64,000 nucleotides of DNA from contig OX597838.1 of NCBI GenBank assembly GCA_951406725.2, forward strand, positions 42,098,001-42,162,000. Direction: 5' to 3'. Under the pieces are notes generated by a model that made no database searches, had not been told where the DNA came from, and was given only the letters and a program-made list of their open reading frames with translations. The stretch is from Octopus vulgaris. Taxonomy: Eukaryota. Position 1 is the first letter of the stretch. Every line of letters starts with the position of its first letter. The position numbers and the translations under genes were made by a program. Below, piece after piece: positions 22,593-34,500 of this stretch.

Positions 22593-25500
22593 GTGTATGT
22601 ATGTATATATCGTAATCTATCAACATCAATGGAATTTGTAGCAGTGATACCAGTGCCGGTGGCACGTAAGAGAACCATCCGAATGTGGCCGTAGCCAGCG
22701 CCGTCCGACTGGCCTCCGTGCCGGTAGCACGTAAAAAGCACCATCCAACCGTGGCCGTTGCCAGCTTCGACTGGTCCCCGTGCCAGTGGCACGTAAGAAG
22801 CACCATCTGATCGTGGCTATTTGCCAGCCTCGTCTGGCACGTAAAAAGCACCCACTACACTCACGGAGTGGTTGGCGTTAGGAAGGGCATCCAGCTGTAG
22901 AAACACTGCCAGATCAGACTGGGCCTGGTGCAGCCTTCTGGCTTCCCAGACCCCAGTTGAACCGTCCAACCCATGCCAGCATGGAAAGCGGACTTTAATT
23001 GATGATGATATATATATATTTGTATTCTTTTTCACATACCCAGCAACCCTGGTTGCCTACCCTGAAATATAAAAAGAACTTTTTTCAATTTATCGTACTT
23101 TGATAAGAAAACTATCCACAGCTTTCCGTCTCAATGAACCACTATTGTCTCTGGAAGTTGTTTTTTTTTTTATATATATATATATTTACTACGGTTTGCT
23201 TGTAGCTAACTTTCTTCCTACACCTCGATCCTTGGATCATATATATATATATATTGCTGTCCATGTATATGGGCATGTCCTCTACATCCATCCCTCGGCC
23301 GAGAGATTTAAGTCTTGCAGGCCATGGGTGTTGGTGTCATGAAAGCACCCGTGTCAGTGTCTTGGAGTAACACCCAGTGCCACCCTGTAATGTGGTTGGC
23401 ATTATGAAGGGCCTCGTCCAGCTGTAGACACCATACTGAAACAGACAACTGGTGCTTGGGCAGCTCTCCAGCTGGCTAGTGCCTCTCGCACCATTCAACC
23501 CATGCTCGCATAGAGAATGGATGTTATTATGATATGCATCTGCTTTCCCTGTTAGCCTAGGTTTAATGGTTTGTTACAGTTGGTCCTCATTTGGACTAAC
23601 TTTCTATCGGGATTGGCGACCTCCTTCTTGCTTGTGTATTTCATTTTGGCTTGAAGTTTGCTTCCAAACCATATTATTTCAGGTTCAGTCCCACTGTGTG
23701 GCACCTTGGGCATGTATCTTTTGTTATAATGTTGGGCTGACCAAATCCTTGAGTTATGCTTGTGTGTGTCCTTCCTTGTCTTGATGTCACATAATAGTTG
23801 TAAACAATCACCATACAGGCATTGTTGTACATCTTTTGTGAAAACGTGTTCAACCAAGGAGAAATATTGTTGCCTTACTTCATAACGGGCGATGTGAAAG
23901 GTATGAAACCATGGAAACTCTACTTCACTGCATGGAAAAGTGGTTGTTAAAGCAACAATCATGATGATGACTGTTATTTGGTAAGGGAAGCAACATTGAA
24001 TTGTCGTTTCAGTTCCAGGCAGCAGGTAAAGCATTCATATAAGTTTTCTAAAGAAATGGTGGCTCCTTAAATCTGATGTGCCATTCTGGTACGACTTGGT
24101 TATGACATAAAAGCTTCAACAAAATCTGCACAATTCCTAAAGAGAATATTCGGGAGGAGCAGCTAATGAGTTCCATCAGTGGTTTTATTGTCTTTACCAG
24201 GCACGTGTTGGTTGTCATGAGTTGTAAAATAATTCAATCCATCAACAAAAGCTCTTATTCCTTGTTTTTTCCTCAACTTTTCATCATCATTATTATTATT
24301 ATTGAATTTCTATCTCCCATGCTGGCATGAATTTGGCAGTTTGACAGGACCTAATAAGTTGGAGGACTGCTCCAAGTTCCAGTGTCTGCTTCAGTATAAT
24401 TTCTAAGAATAATCAGAAGGCGGCAGTGACTGGCAATCTGGTAGAATTAATAGAACACCAGAGAAAATGGCTTTGCAGTATTTGTTCCATCTGTTTACAT
24501 TCTGAGTTCAAATCCCTGCAAGATCAACTTCACCTTTCATCTTTTCAGCAGGTTAAGATGAAAGTTCCAGATAAGAGCTGGACTCTGAAATTGGTCATCC
24601 TTGTGTCTAAATCGGAAACCATTGGACTGGGGAATGGCACCAGAGATTGTAGTTCTAAAAACATTGGTTTCAGGATGGGATTGAATTTCAGAGCAATTTG
24701 AGGAAAGAGAGAGGCCATTTGATACTATCAACTCATCCAAGACCACCACCCCTGATTCTCTGAAACAAACTTCTGTTTTGAAGGGATTTAAATTAAACCC
24801 TTCCCTCAAAATTTCATGTTAATTTATGGGATCTTATCAGTTTCGCTCACAGATCTTTTAAATTCTTTTTTTAATCAAACAGTTTGAAACTTTGTATACT
24901 GGTGTCATTTCTCACACTGACCATGGTTTACTTTGAACATTTTTGACAAAACTTCCTATTTTAGAAGCTATTTTGTGTTAAAGTTGTATTTGGGTAATTT
25001 TAACCAATCAATGATGTGTATTCAGCTGAAGAAAGCTTCTTATGTATGCGATTGCAATTAAAGAGCAACATCTTCCTGGTCACCACTACGAAATGTCACC
25101 ACCCTGTTCTGTTTTATTTTTGTTTACTATCTGTGTTGCATATTACCTGCTTTTTTTTTTTTTTATCACCTATTTGTACATTTGCATAAAAAATGCATGT
25201 AATATGCAACACAGGTAGTAAGCAAAAATAAAACAGAAGTGTGGTGACCAGGAAGATGTTGCTCTTTGATTACAATCGCATACATCAGTAACTTTCTTCA
25301 GCTGAATACACATCATTGATTGGTTAAAATTACCCAAATACAACTTTAACACAAAATCTATATATATAAAACTCAACTTGTGTGTTTAACTTCCCAGCAC
25401 ATCTCCTCCTAGCCAGCAAATCGTACAACCACGAAAAATGGGTCACTTAAAGTTTAAGCGAATGAAAATTGAACTGCGCTATTTCTGTTCCGAAATTCAT

Positions 25501-28500
25501 CTCACAAGTGCAAAAATTGATAATGTGTTTGTTTAGAACTTATCCCATGCATTGAATAGTGAGCTTTACTCAGTCAGCTGTTTGACGTGAACTGTGTTCA
25601 CCACGCGTGCAAGCATGCGTAAATTGCATGAAAGATATAAAAACGAATCGCCGCAAACATTGTAGAAGTTCGGCAGAGAAATGAATTTTCGGGATGTAGC
25701 CTGGAGGGTTTTTTCGTATTAATCGTTTGGACTTTGTGAACACATACCAATTGTTTGCATAACATTTTTAACGCTTTGAATTAAATGTGACCATTTTGCG
25801 TTGAGTCTGCAGTTTGAATCACTTTAACCAAATTTTAGCAGGCCGGATTTTTGATCATCACGATACATCGCCAGCGACTCCCTGAAATCTCCGTTGAGAA
25901 ATACTGATCTAAAAGAATAATTCAACAATGCAATTATTTGATCAACAAAAATTTATGAAACACTTCTACGTACTTCCTATTGAGGAAATGGAACACATAA
26001 GCGCAAAAATAGAGGGCATTAAAGCTTGATTTTAAAACCAAAATAATTGAATTTTGATTGAACTTCATCCAAGTTTAGCTTAATTCGCGCATGCATAGAA
26101 TGCACGAGCCGGGCGATACTGCTAGTAGCTTCAAAAATAGGAAATTTTGTCAAAAATGTTCAAAGTAAACCATTGTCAGTGTGAGAAATGACACCAGTAT
26201 ACAAAGTTTCAAACTGTTTAGTTAAAAAAAAGAATTAAAAAGATCTGTGAGCGAAACTGAAGAGATCCAATTTATGTTCCAAACACCAGTTTAACAAAGA
26301 CTGTAATTTTATTAAATATTTCATTCTTTTCAAAATTAATTGAAACCAAGGCAATGTAATTTAAAAGAAATCTGGTAACAGCTATAGCATGCTGGTGTGT
26401 TTTTAGTAGGAATAATTGAATTTGTTGCCAGAAAGGAGCCCCCCTCCCCCATTTAGCCGAGTAACTACACAACCTGACTAGTCATTGCAGTTGTTTGATA
26501 TTGCTTTTTACTTGAGCCCCTTCAGAACTCCCTGTATAGCTGAAGCCATTGGAAACTTTTCTGCTTCTCTCCAGTCGGATCCCTACTTTTTCAGGTCAGG
26601 TCCTGGCATGTATTGCAGGATGTTGACTTCCTTGGAGGGATGGGGGGTTAGGGGGCGTCCATCCCTACTTGCTGTCCTGTGTTCTTGAGGGAAGGCTTTC
26701 TGCTCCCTGGTCTTGTTGGTTTGAATTACCATTGATGCTTCGGTATCTTTGCTGGTTTTCTAGCTAAGGGTGTTCGCCCTACACAAACCCGCTTTCACCT
26801 CTGGGAAGAGGTTTATATTAGTCTGACCTCTATCCTTTCCCCTATCCACTATGGTAGGCTCTACCAAAAGCTTGAACTCTGCTGGTGTAGGCTCTCAGGG
26901 TCATTGAGGCATATGAGCCATCACATCACAATGAGGATTGGACCTCATAGATGTAAGTATTCCTCACTAAGAAATGGATATTTGACAGAGGAGAAAGGGT
27001 TTAACTCTTTTGGCCATATCCAGCCCAAATATTCTGTCTTACATTCAAACTGCCAGCTCCAGCCTCTCACACTTATCCTGCAATGTCATTATAAAAATAA
27101 ACATTGTGTCAGTGCATTGAAATCTCTGCTATGATTAATTCAAAATGTGATGTGAGTAAGTTTTACATTTCCAAAAAAAAAAATGCTTTATATTTTACAA
27201 TTAAAAAACAATATATAGAATAGTATTAAGCTTTACGTTTGACAAATTAATCTCGATGCTAAAAGTGTTTAAACCTCATTCAGTTTATCTAAACTGGAAA
27301 TCTATAAAAAAGGTAATGTCTTCTCTATTGTAAACAACAGAGATTCTGATTTTAACGTTTTCTTACTTTATAAGTTGTAAACCAAGTTACCAAAAGGGTT
27401 GGATCCGTTAGTTGGGTTAGATGATTCTACATTCATCTTTTCAAATCAATCTGTTCATTTATTGGGTCCATTCACCTGAAGTGGTCATGTGCATCACAAT
27501 GCTTATTTCTCTTCTAAATCTTTGAAGTTTCCTGGAGGAGGAAACTGGAAACCATTCTAGCTTTCTTCTCTTTATTTCTCTTTGGAAGGTTACGTTTCAA
27601 ATTTGAGGATTTGCTTTCCTCACAAGTTTGGCTGCTGCTTAACCCCAGGACAGTTTGTGGTTGGTTTAAATGATTAAATCTTAAGAGGAGAGCATTGGAT
27701 ATATTTCTGATTCATTCTGATGTTATCGATGAAATGTTGCCTTGCCGAACTTTGTTGAATTGAGTGAATTACTGATACACTGGTGGTGGTGGTGGAAAGC
27801 TCTAGACTTTTGAAACTGGAATTGAAAGAAATATTTTGACAGTCTTATCTAGACTTACTGGTGAAATAGCTTTGTCTGCAAGATGTAACAGAAATCTCTG
27901 AAACTCATTACCCCACAAATTGAGTGTTAAAAAAATATATATATATAGTTTTTTTGTTTGTTTGTTTTGTTTCTTTTAACTGGTTGTTGTTGTTTCTTTC
28001 AGTCGAGCAAAATTGTTCCGCTATGTGAATTCTGATTCACCCGAATGGAAAGAGCGAGGTACCGGTGATGTGAAGTTACTCCGCAATAAGGACTGTGATC
28101 AAATCCGATTGGTGATGCGTAGAGACAAGACATTCAAGATTTGTGCCAACCACTACAGTAAGTGATTATCAGCCTCACACCTTGCCTTGCTCTTCTTTTA
28201 ACTCCTTTGCATTTTTTTTTTTTTTTTTTTTTGTCCCCATTTTTCCATTCTGCCACATTTCACTACAACTGAGTAAACACAGCCACAAACTGTAGCTGAA
28301 GTAAGACATTTTCTGCTTTTCTTAATCATTTTTAAAAAGAAACGCTCTACATCATCAGCATCCTAGCATGGCTGTGTAGTTGACCCTTTCGTTACTATAT
28401 CCCTAACCAATATGCACCCCTTATGTGTTTCAATTAATTCCTAACATAGTTATAAATTTAGTCTGGTTTCATTAAACAACTATAACTTTTTTATTTATCA

Positions 28501-31500
28501 ATATATTAATGTGATTTTTGGAAGATAATTTAACGAAAGGTTCTCAACCAATTCTATATCATAATTTTTGTCACAAAGTGACTCTAATTGCAGGTAGATA
28601 CAGGTAAATTCAACAAAATATGAAATTATTAAAATTTTTGTTCAAACATCGCTATAGAAAATGGGTTATTAGCTAATATTCAATTGGGTATACAACAAAA
28701 TTTTACTATAGAAGAGTTGTGCACATTACTGGATTCATCAGGTGATTTTAAACACACAAAAGGCAGGTGTGCCATGAAGGTATAAGTAAAACGAAAGACT
28801 GGAATTTATCTGTGAAGAAAACTAGAAAACAAAATACACACACACCATCAACTAGATTAAATAAGCTATCCCACATACATAGATACACAGATACAATAAT
28901 GATTTACAAAAGAAATTAATAAAAATTCGTTACTCACCTTACATATTAAAATAACAAATTAAAATTACACAAAGAAAAACAAAAACGAAGTAAATTTGAA
29001 AACATTTATAAAATCAAATCACACACATATACAAATCAAACAATATTCCTATTGTGAAAACTTGTAAAGCACCCTGTTCTACAGAATGCACATTGGAAAG
29101 TTGTTTCAGCAGCCCTTCCACTAGGAGCTTTCCTTTTTTGATGAAGGCATTCGCGACCCTTGATTTTTTTTTTCTAATTTATGGAGATTGGCTGAATTCA
29201 GAGGGATATCCCTTTGGCAGGCTTTGTTTTTTCTCCTTACAGTTATTTGTCTTGAGGAATAACCAGCTCGGAACTGCAGATGGTCGAGTCGGTCCCGATT
29301 TGGTATATAGTATAAACGCATTAGTAATACTCATGTTTACTAAATACCAAACCAGGTATCGCCACCATTTATTCCCCGGTCTGCCAACTGGATAGTAAGA
29401 CATCATCTGATTCAGCCAATCTACACCACCCATGTACCTGTTATAATCGAGGTTCACAAACGACGTGCCATTTTCATCCACATGTGGCCGTGCACAGGTA
29501 GACAGAAAATTGATCTGCCTCTTATCTCTGTATGCGGTCGCTAGCAAATTTCCTTTCTGCCGCTGAATTATTTCACCTTTTGCTCTTTTTTAATTTTGCT
29601 CTTTTTTATACCCAACGGCCGTCCTTTTCTGCTGGCGATCACCGTAGCACATGTATGTGTCACCACAGTATCTAAATTCTCCGCAAGTTTGACCGAACTG
29701 AAAAATCGGTCAAAAAATAATATATGGCCCTGGTTATGGTATAGAAGTGATAAATTCCAGATCACATCGTACCCTAGGCCATGCTGACTTACATAATTGT
29801 CTCTCTTGCCGGTATAAAATTCAAATCCCGAGCAGTACCCAGTATTTGATTCACAAATCTGCCAAACTTTGATCCCCCATTTTGTGGGCTTTCTTGGCAT
29901 ATATTGTCAAAAACGTACTCATGGGTATCTCCCCCGGTTCATAAACAGTTTTTTTGAACACAGTCAATGAGGGGTCTTATTTTAAATATGGGATCAAGTC
30001 TGGTTCTCCACGTACTGGTGCACTGATTGTGTCTCTTTTATGCAAATACTGAGTCAATTTCAAAAATCGTCTCCAAAGGGCTAATCGCTTACTCCAGTAA
30101 TTTGTTATTCTGGGTAACTTTCTAATGCCTATAATAATATTTATGGCAAAATATGCCTTAATTTCATTTAAGGTTGTGGGAAACTACAAACTGTCCTTTT
30201 TTTCACTTTGTTTACTTTCAGCATAACGGTTTGTTTCCACCGTAATTATTTCAAATAGGCTCATTGGAAAAAGTAAAAAGAAATAGTCTAATGCTTTACT
30301 CTCCTAGGAAAGACTGTGGCTTGGTCCAGTTTCCTCAGAAAAATCACTGAAAGAAACAGTTTTCAAATTTTCACTCCATTCAGGTGCCAATTCATTTCCT
30401 TTATCACTGTCATCGGAGCTCTCAGAGTCACTGCTTTCACTTTCGGAAATTGAAACATCAAATTCATTATCAAATACCATATGCTTTCCCCCCCCCCCCC
30501 CCCAGTCATAGAGTTAAATTTATCAAGGTCTTCAGTGGAAAATTCTTCGAATTCTGACTCGCTGCTTGACAGAATGAAATTCGTATCCATTTTTTGTCAA
30601 ATTACAAATTTTGAAAACACAACAGGAACAAATTTGGAAAAAAACCTCCCAAAATTCACAAAATTAAAATTACATGTCGATCGTTGTACAAAACTGTAAA
30701 TGAACTGTTTTCGAAGTATAATCACGTGTTTTCACGAATGTACTAACAAGATTTGCTCTGATATTCTTATTTAAATATGAATAGGTGATTACGGGCGGCG
30801 GCTTGGTCACATGAACCAAAATTTTTTTGGTGGTTTGACTCTCCCCTCCTCTCCCCACAGTTTTGAGCCTTGTGCCTATAGTGGGAAGAATTATTATATA
30901 CAGCTATGGAGATGATTCGTGTGAAATTTAAAATCCCATAAATCCATGATGTCGACTATTTTTGTTGGTGGTCAAGGTGGTGGTGGGGTGTGACATGGAA
31001 CTGAGGAACAGGCAGGGCTTTCAGGTAAGAAAGAAAAAAATCACCTGTATCATAAAATGAAACATTACCAAATATATTTAATTTTATATACACTTGTAAT
31101 ATAACCTATTTTTCTGACTGATTCATATATATACAACAATCAGTCACTAACACAACACATTGCTGGTTGTTTTAAAAGAAGAAAATATATATATAATGTG
31201 GATATTTTTGAAAGAGGGCATACTTATTTCAAATGCACATACTTTAGTATAGAAATATTTGAAAAGAAAATTATTTTATTTCATATGGATGGGTGGGTTT
31301 TATTGTTTTAGCTTCCAGTAACCTGTGGTGTAAACAGTTTGTCAAAAGACAATGAGAATTTTGCATTTATGATTTGCTTCTGTGATTGTCTTTCTCCTTT
31401 GTGTGGGTCTCCATTCACACTCCCCTAATCCTTAAGAAACCCTCACATTCACTGAATTGACCGGGTCTCTAGGCGAAGTAGTCTATGCTCGCATGGGTCA

Positions 31501-34500
31501 GATAGTTTGTGGTAGATTTTCTATGGCGGGATGCCTTTCCTGTTGCCAACCCATGCCTGTTTCCGAGCAAGATAAATATTTCTCCATGGCCAGACATATT
31601 TTCATAGAATATCGGAAATGGCACTGATTTTATAACAGTGACACTCATTTGCAATCCTACAATATCGAAACAAACCCACACATTCACAAATGCACACATG
31701 ATGAGTTTCTTCCTGTCTACCAAATCCGTTCATAAGGGCTTTGGTCAGTCCAGGGTTTAGAGTAGAAGGCACTTGCCCAAAATGTCACTCAGTGGGACTG
31801 AACCCGGAACCATGTGGATGGGAACTGCTAAGCCCCACAGCCACATCTGTGCACATAGATGCACACACACGTGAAGATGTGCAAGTACACACCTTGCTGG
31901 ATCATATTAATGCCAGAATTTGTATAATATGCGAAGCACTCGGCAATTACCAGCTGGTGCTCGTACTCAGGAACCATTGTAAGGATTTGGATTAAAGCCT
32001 GTTCGTTCCATCTCCTAGTCTTAAAAAAATTCTTTTGTATGAATTCTGCTGATATTAATGGATTTCCACATGTATGTTCATTAAAAGGAGAATTTCGGCT
32101 TTGGGGTGACATATGGTAGCTGATACCTGGAGAGGGGCTTTGGAAAGCATGCTTTAAGCTTATTAGCTAGATGATATTATTTATATATGCACACATACAA
32201 ATACACACTCTCAATACAAGGTTGTTTTTTTTTTTATAAACCATTTCAGACACAAACTACTGGCATTTATGAATTAATGTAAAATTTCCTTACTCCCCAC
32301 CTCCATTAATTAAAAATGCCATGTTTTTAGGTGAGAAATTTATCCTTGCTTTTCCCCATCGAAAACAATGGTTACTCCATTTTCTGTTATCGGTAAAACT
32401 AATTTCCTTTCTGGCAACTTGGATGTGTTTGTAATTGGGTTGGTTTCAGCCTCATTTCAAATCTTCTTGTCATCAGTTTCTCCTACCATTTGATTAATTT
32501 TTTTTATCAAACATCACATTTATATATTTTTCACTTCTTTCTGTCTGTTTGTCCATCTCTCCGTTCTGCAGTAACTAAAAACATGGAGTTGAAACCGAGC
32601 AGCGGCAGCGATCGGGCCTGGGTCTGGAGCACACTGGCTGACTTCGCTGATGAAAAAACCAAACCTGAGCTGTTGGCAATTAAATTTGCCAATTCTGAAA
32701 GTAGGTTTTTATAATTATCATCACTAATTAACACCATTCATTTTCTCCATCTGCACCTTTTTTTTAAATATTCTTTTTCTTTTATTTGGCCCCATCAAGT
32801 CAGTCTGTCAAAAAACAATAGGAATTTTGTGCTTACTCTTTTCTTCTGGGATCATCTCTCTCTTGTTGTGTGGTTCCTCGTTCACATTCCCCTAATCCTT
32901 AAGAAACCCTTACAGTCATTTTTTTTTTTTTTCTGGGTGTAGTTGATCTGGGACTACATCATTCAATGTGTTTGTGTGTCTTTTTTTAAGACAGTAGAAT
33001 GGAATTGAGCTATTTGACTATTATTACTAGCATGTTGATTGGCTGTATGGAGGCTCCCTTGTTAATTCCTAAGGTAGTTAACTGGCAGAAACGGTAGGAC
33101 ATTATTGGATTAAGGGTTTTTTGGGGGGGATTTAAATTTAATACTTTGCATTCAGATCCTACCCAAGTTGACCTGGGTTTTTTTTTTTTTTTTCATTGTT
33201 CCAGAGATATTCTTGTAACGTGTCCCTCAATCTTATTCATCTCACATCAGGCTAAAGAGAAGACTAACCTTTTTACTGTATTTCATTCCTTTTTCTTGCT
33301 TAATCCTGCCAGACTTTACCATTCGTCCACCTCGCCAACTACTTTAATCCCCGTTAGCATGGATCAAGTAGCAAGCAGGTTGGAACGGGGGGTTTCAATG
33401 ACTGGGTCCTCTTCCTGTTGCCAGTGAGGGGATAATACCTCCAAACAGCCCAGACATGTTTCATGTGGAAAACTGGAAACAAAATCACTTTCTGAAGGAG
33501 CTTTTTATTTAGAAAGATAATGCACGCATATGATGATGATACGTTTCTTTTCGTTTCTGTCCATATCCATATCCAAGGCTTTGATCAACCCCAATCGATA
33601 AAACGAGACCAGCAGGTGATTCACCCATCATCATATTTCTGTTGGAACACACGGCAGCCTTTGTCTTTTCCAGTTAATTATGAAAATTCAAATCAAATAT
33701 TTTTGTCTGGTGTTTGGAGCATAAATGAACATGAAATTTTAATGCAAGCTTTTAAGAAGTTTGTATCCTACAAACCAAGGATCATTTCAGGTGGATTGGT
33801 ATGGACAGGATCAAATGGATTAAACCACTTTGTAAAAACCGTTTCTCATCTTGTGATTGAAGTTAGAAAATCATTATTGAAGCTATTGGCCATTCCAACA
33901 TGAGGGGTTTTTTCTTTTTCTTTCTACTTTTCAACTATGAACGTTTGCACATTGTTAGTCAGGTTTGGCTTTCTCTGCTCCTAATCTCTCCAGACTGCAA
34001 CCATGAGATGATCTGTTGTCAGTTTGAGAAACCACTTGATTAGTATCTCACAATGGACATGTGATAAATCGGTCGTTACTGGGGAGCGGCTGTGATTAGG
34101 AAATCCAGCAACACTGCCTTGAGCAAGTTTGAACTTCCAACTGACATTTCTAACAACTGCAACATGATTTGAAAGGGATAAGGGGGCTGGGGTGTTAGGC
34201 ATTGGTTTGAGTGCAAAACAATGATTTTTTTTTTTCTTTTCTTTTTTTTAAAGATGCACAGTTATTTAAAGAGAAATTTGAGGAAGCGAAAAAAATAGTT
34301 CTCAGAAATTGTCCAGAGTCTTCCAGTAAGTATTTTATTTGGATTTGAAATTGGTGCTTCTGTGATAGATATGTATGTTTTTTATTGCAAAAATGTTTTC
34401 CTTTGAATTTCTTGAGCTGGAAGAAAGCTAAACCTATTTTCATAAAACAGTTTTAACTTTCTATCAGCTAAGTTATAGACCCAATTCCGTTTGGGGTTTT

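Noticed and set aside
21153-22851. Long ORFs (up to 264 aa) rich in Y/I/V/C/M/H
   Set aside because: They are translations of TA/TG microsatellites and tandem retroposon pieces, with no splice or homology support.
31385-32920. Duplicated ~60-bp motif TTCACA.TCCCCTAATCCTTAAGAAACCCT on both sides of RANBP1 exon 4
   Set aside because: Direct orientation with no RNA-gene boxes; most likely fragments of a dispersed repeat.
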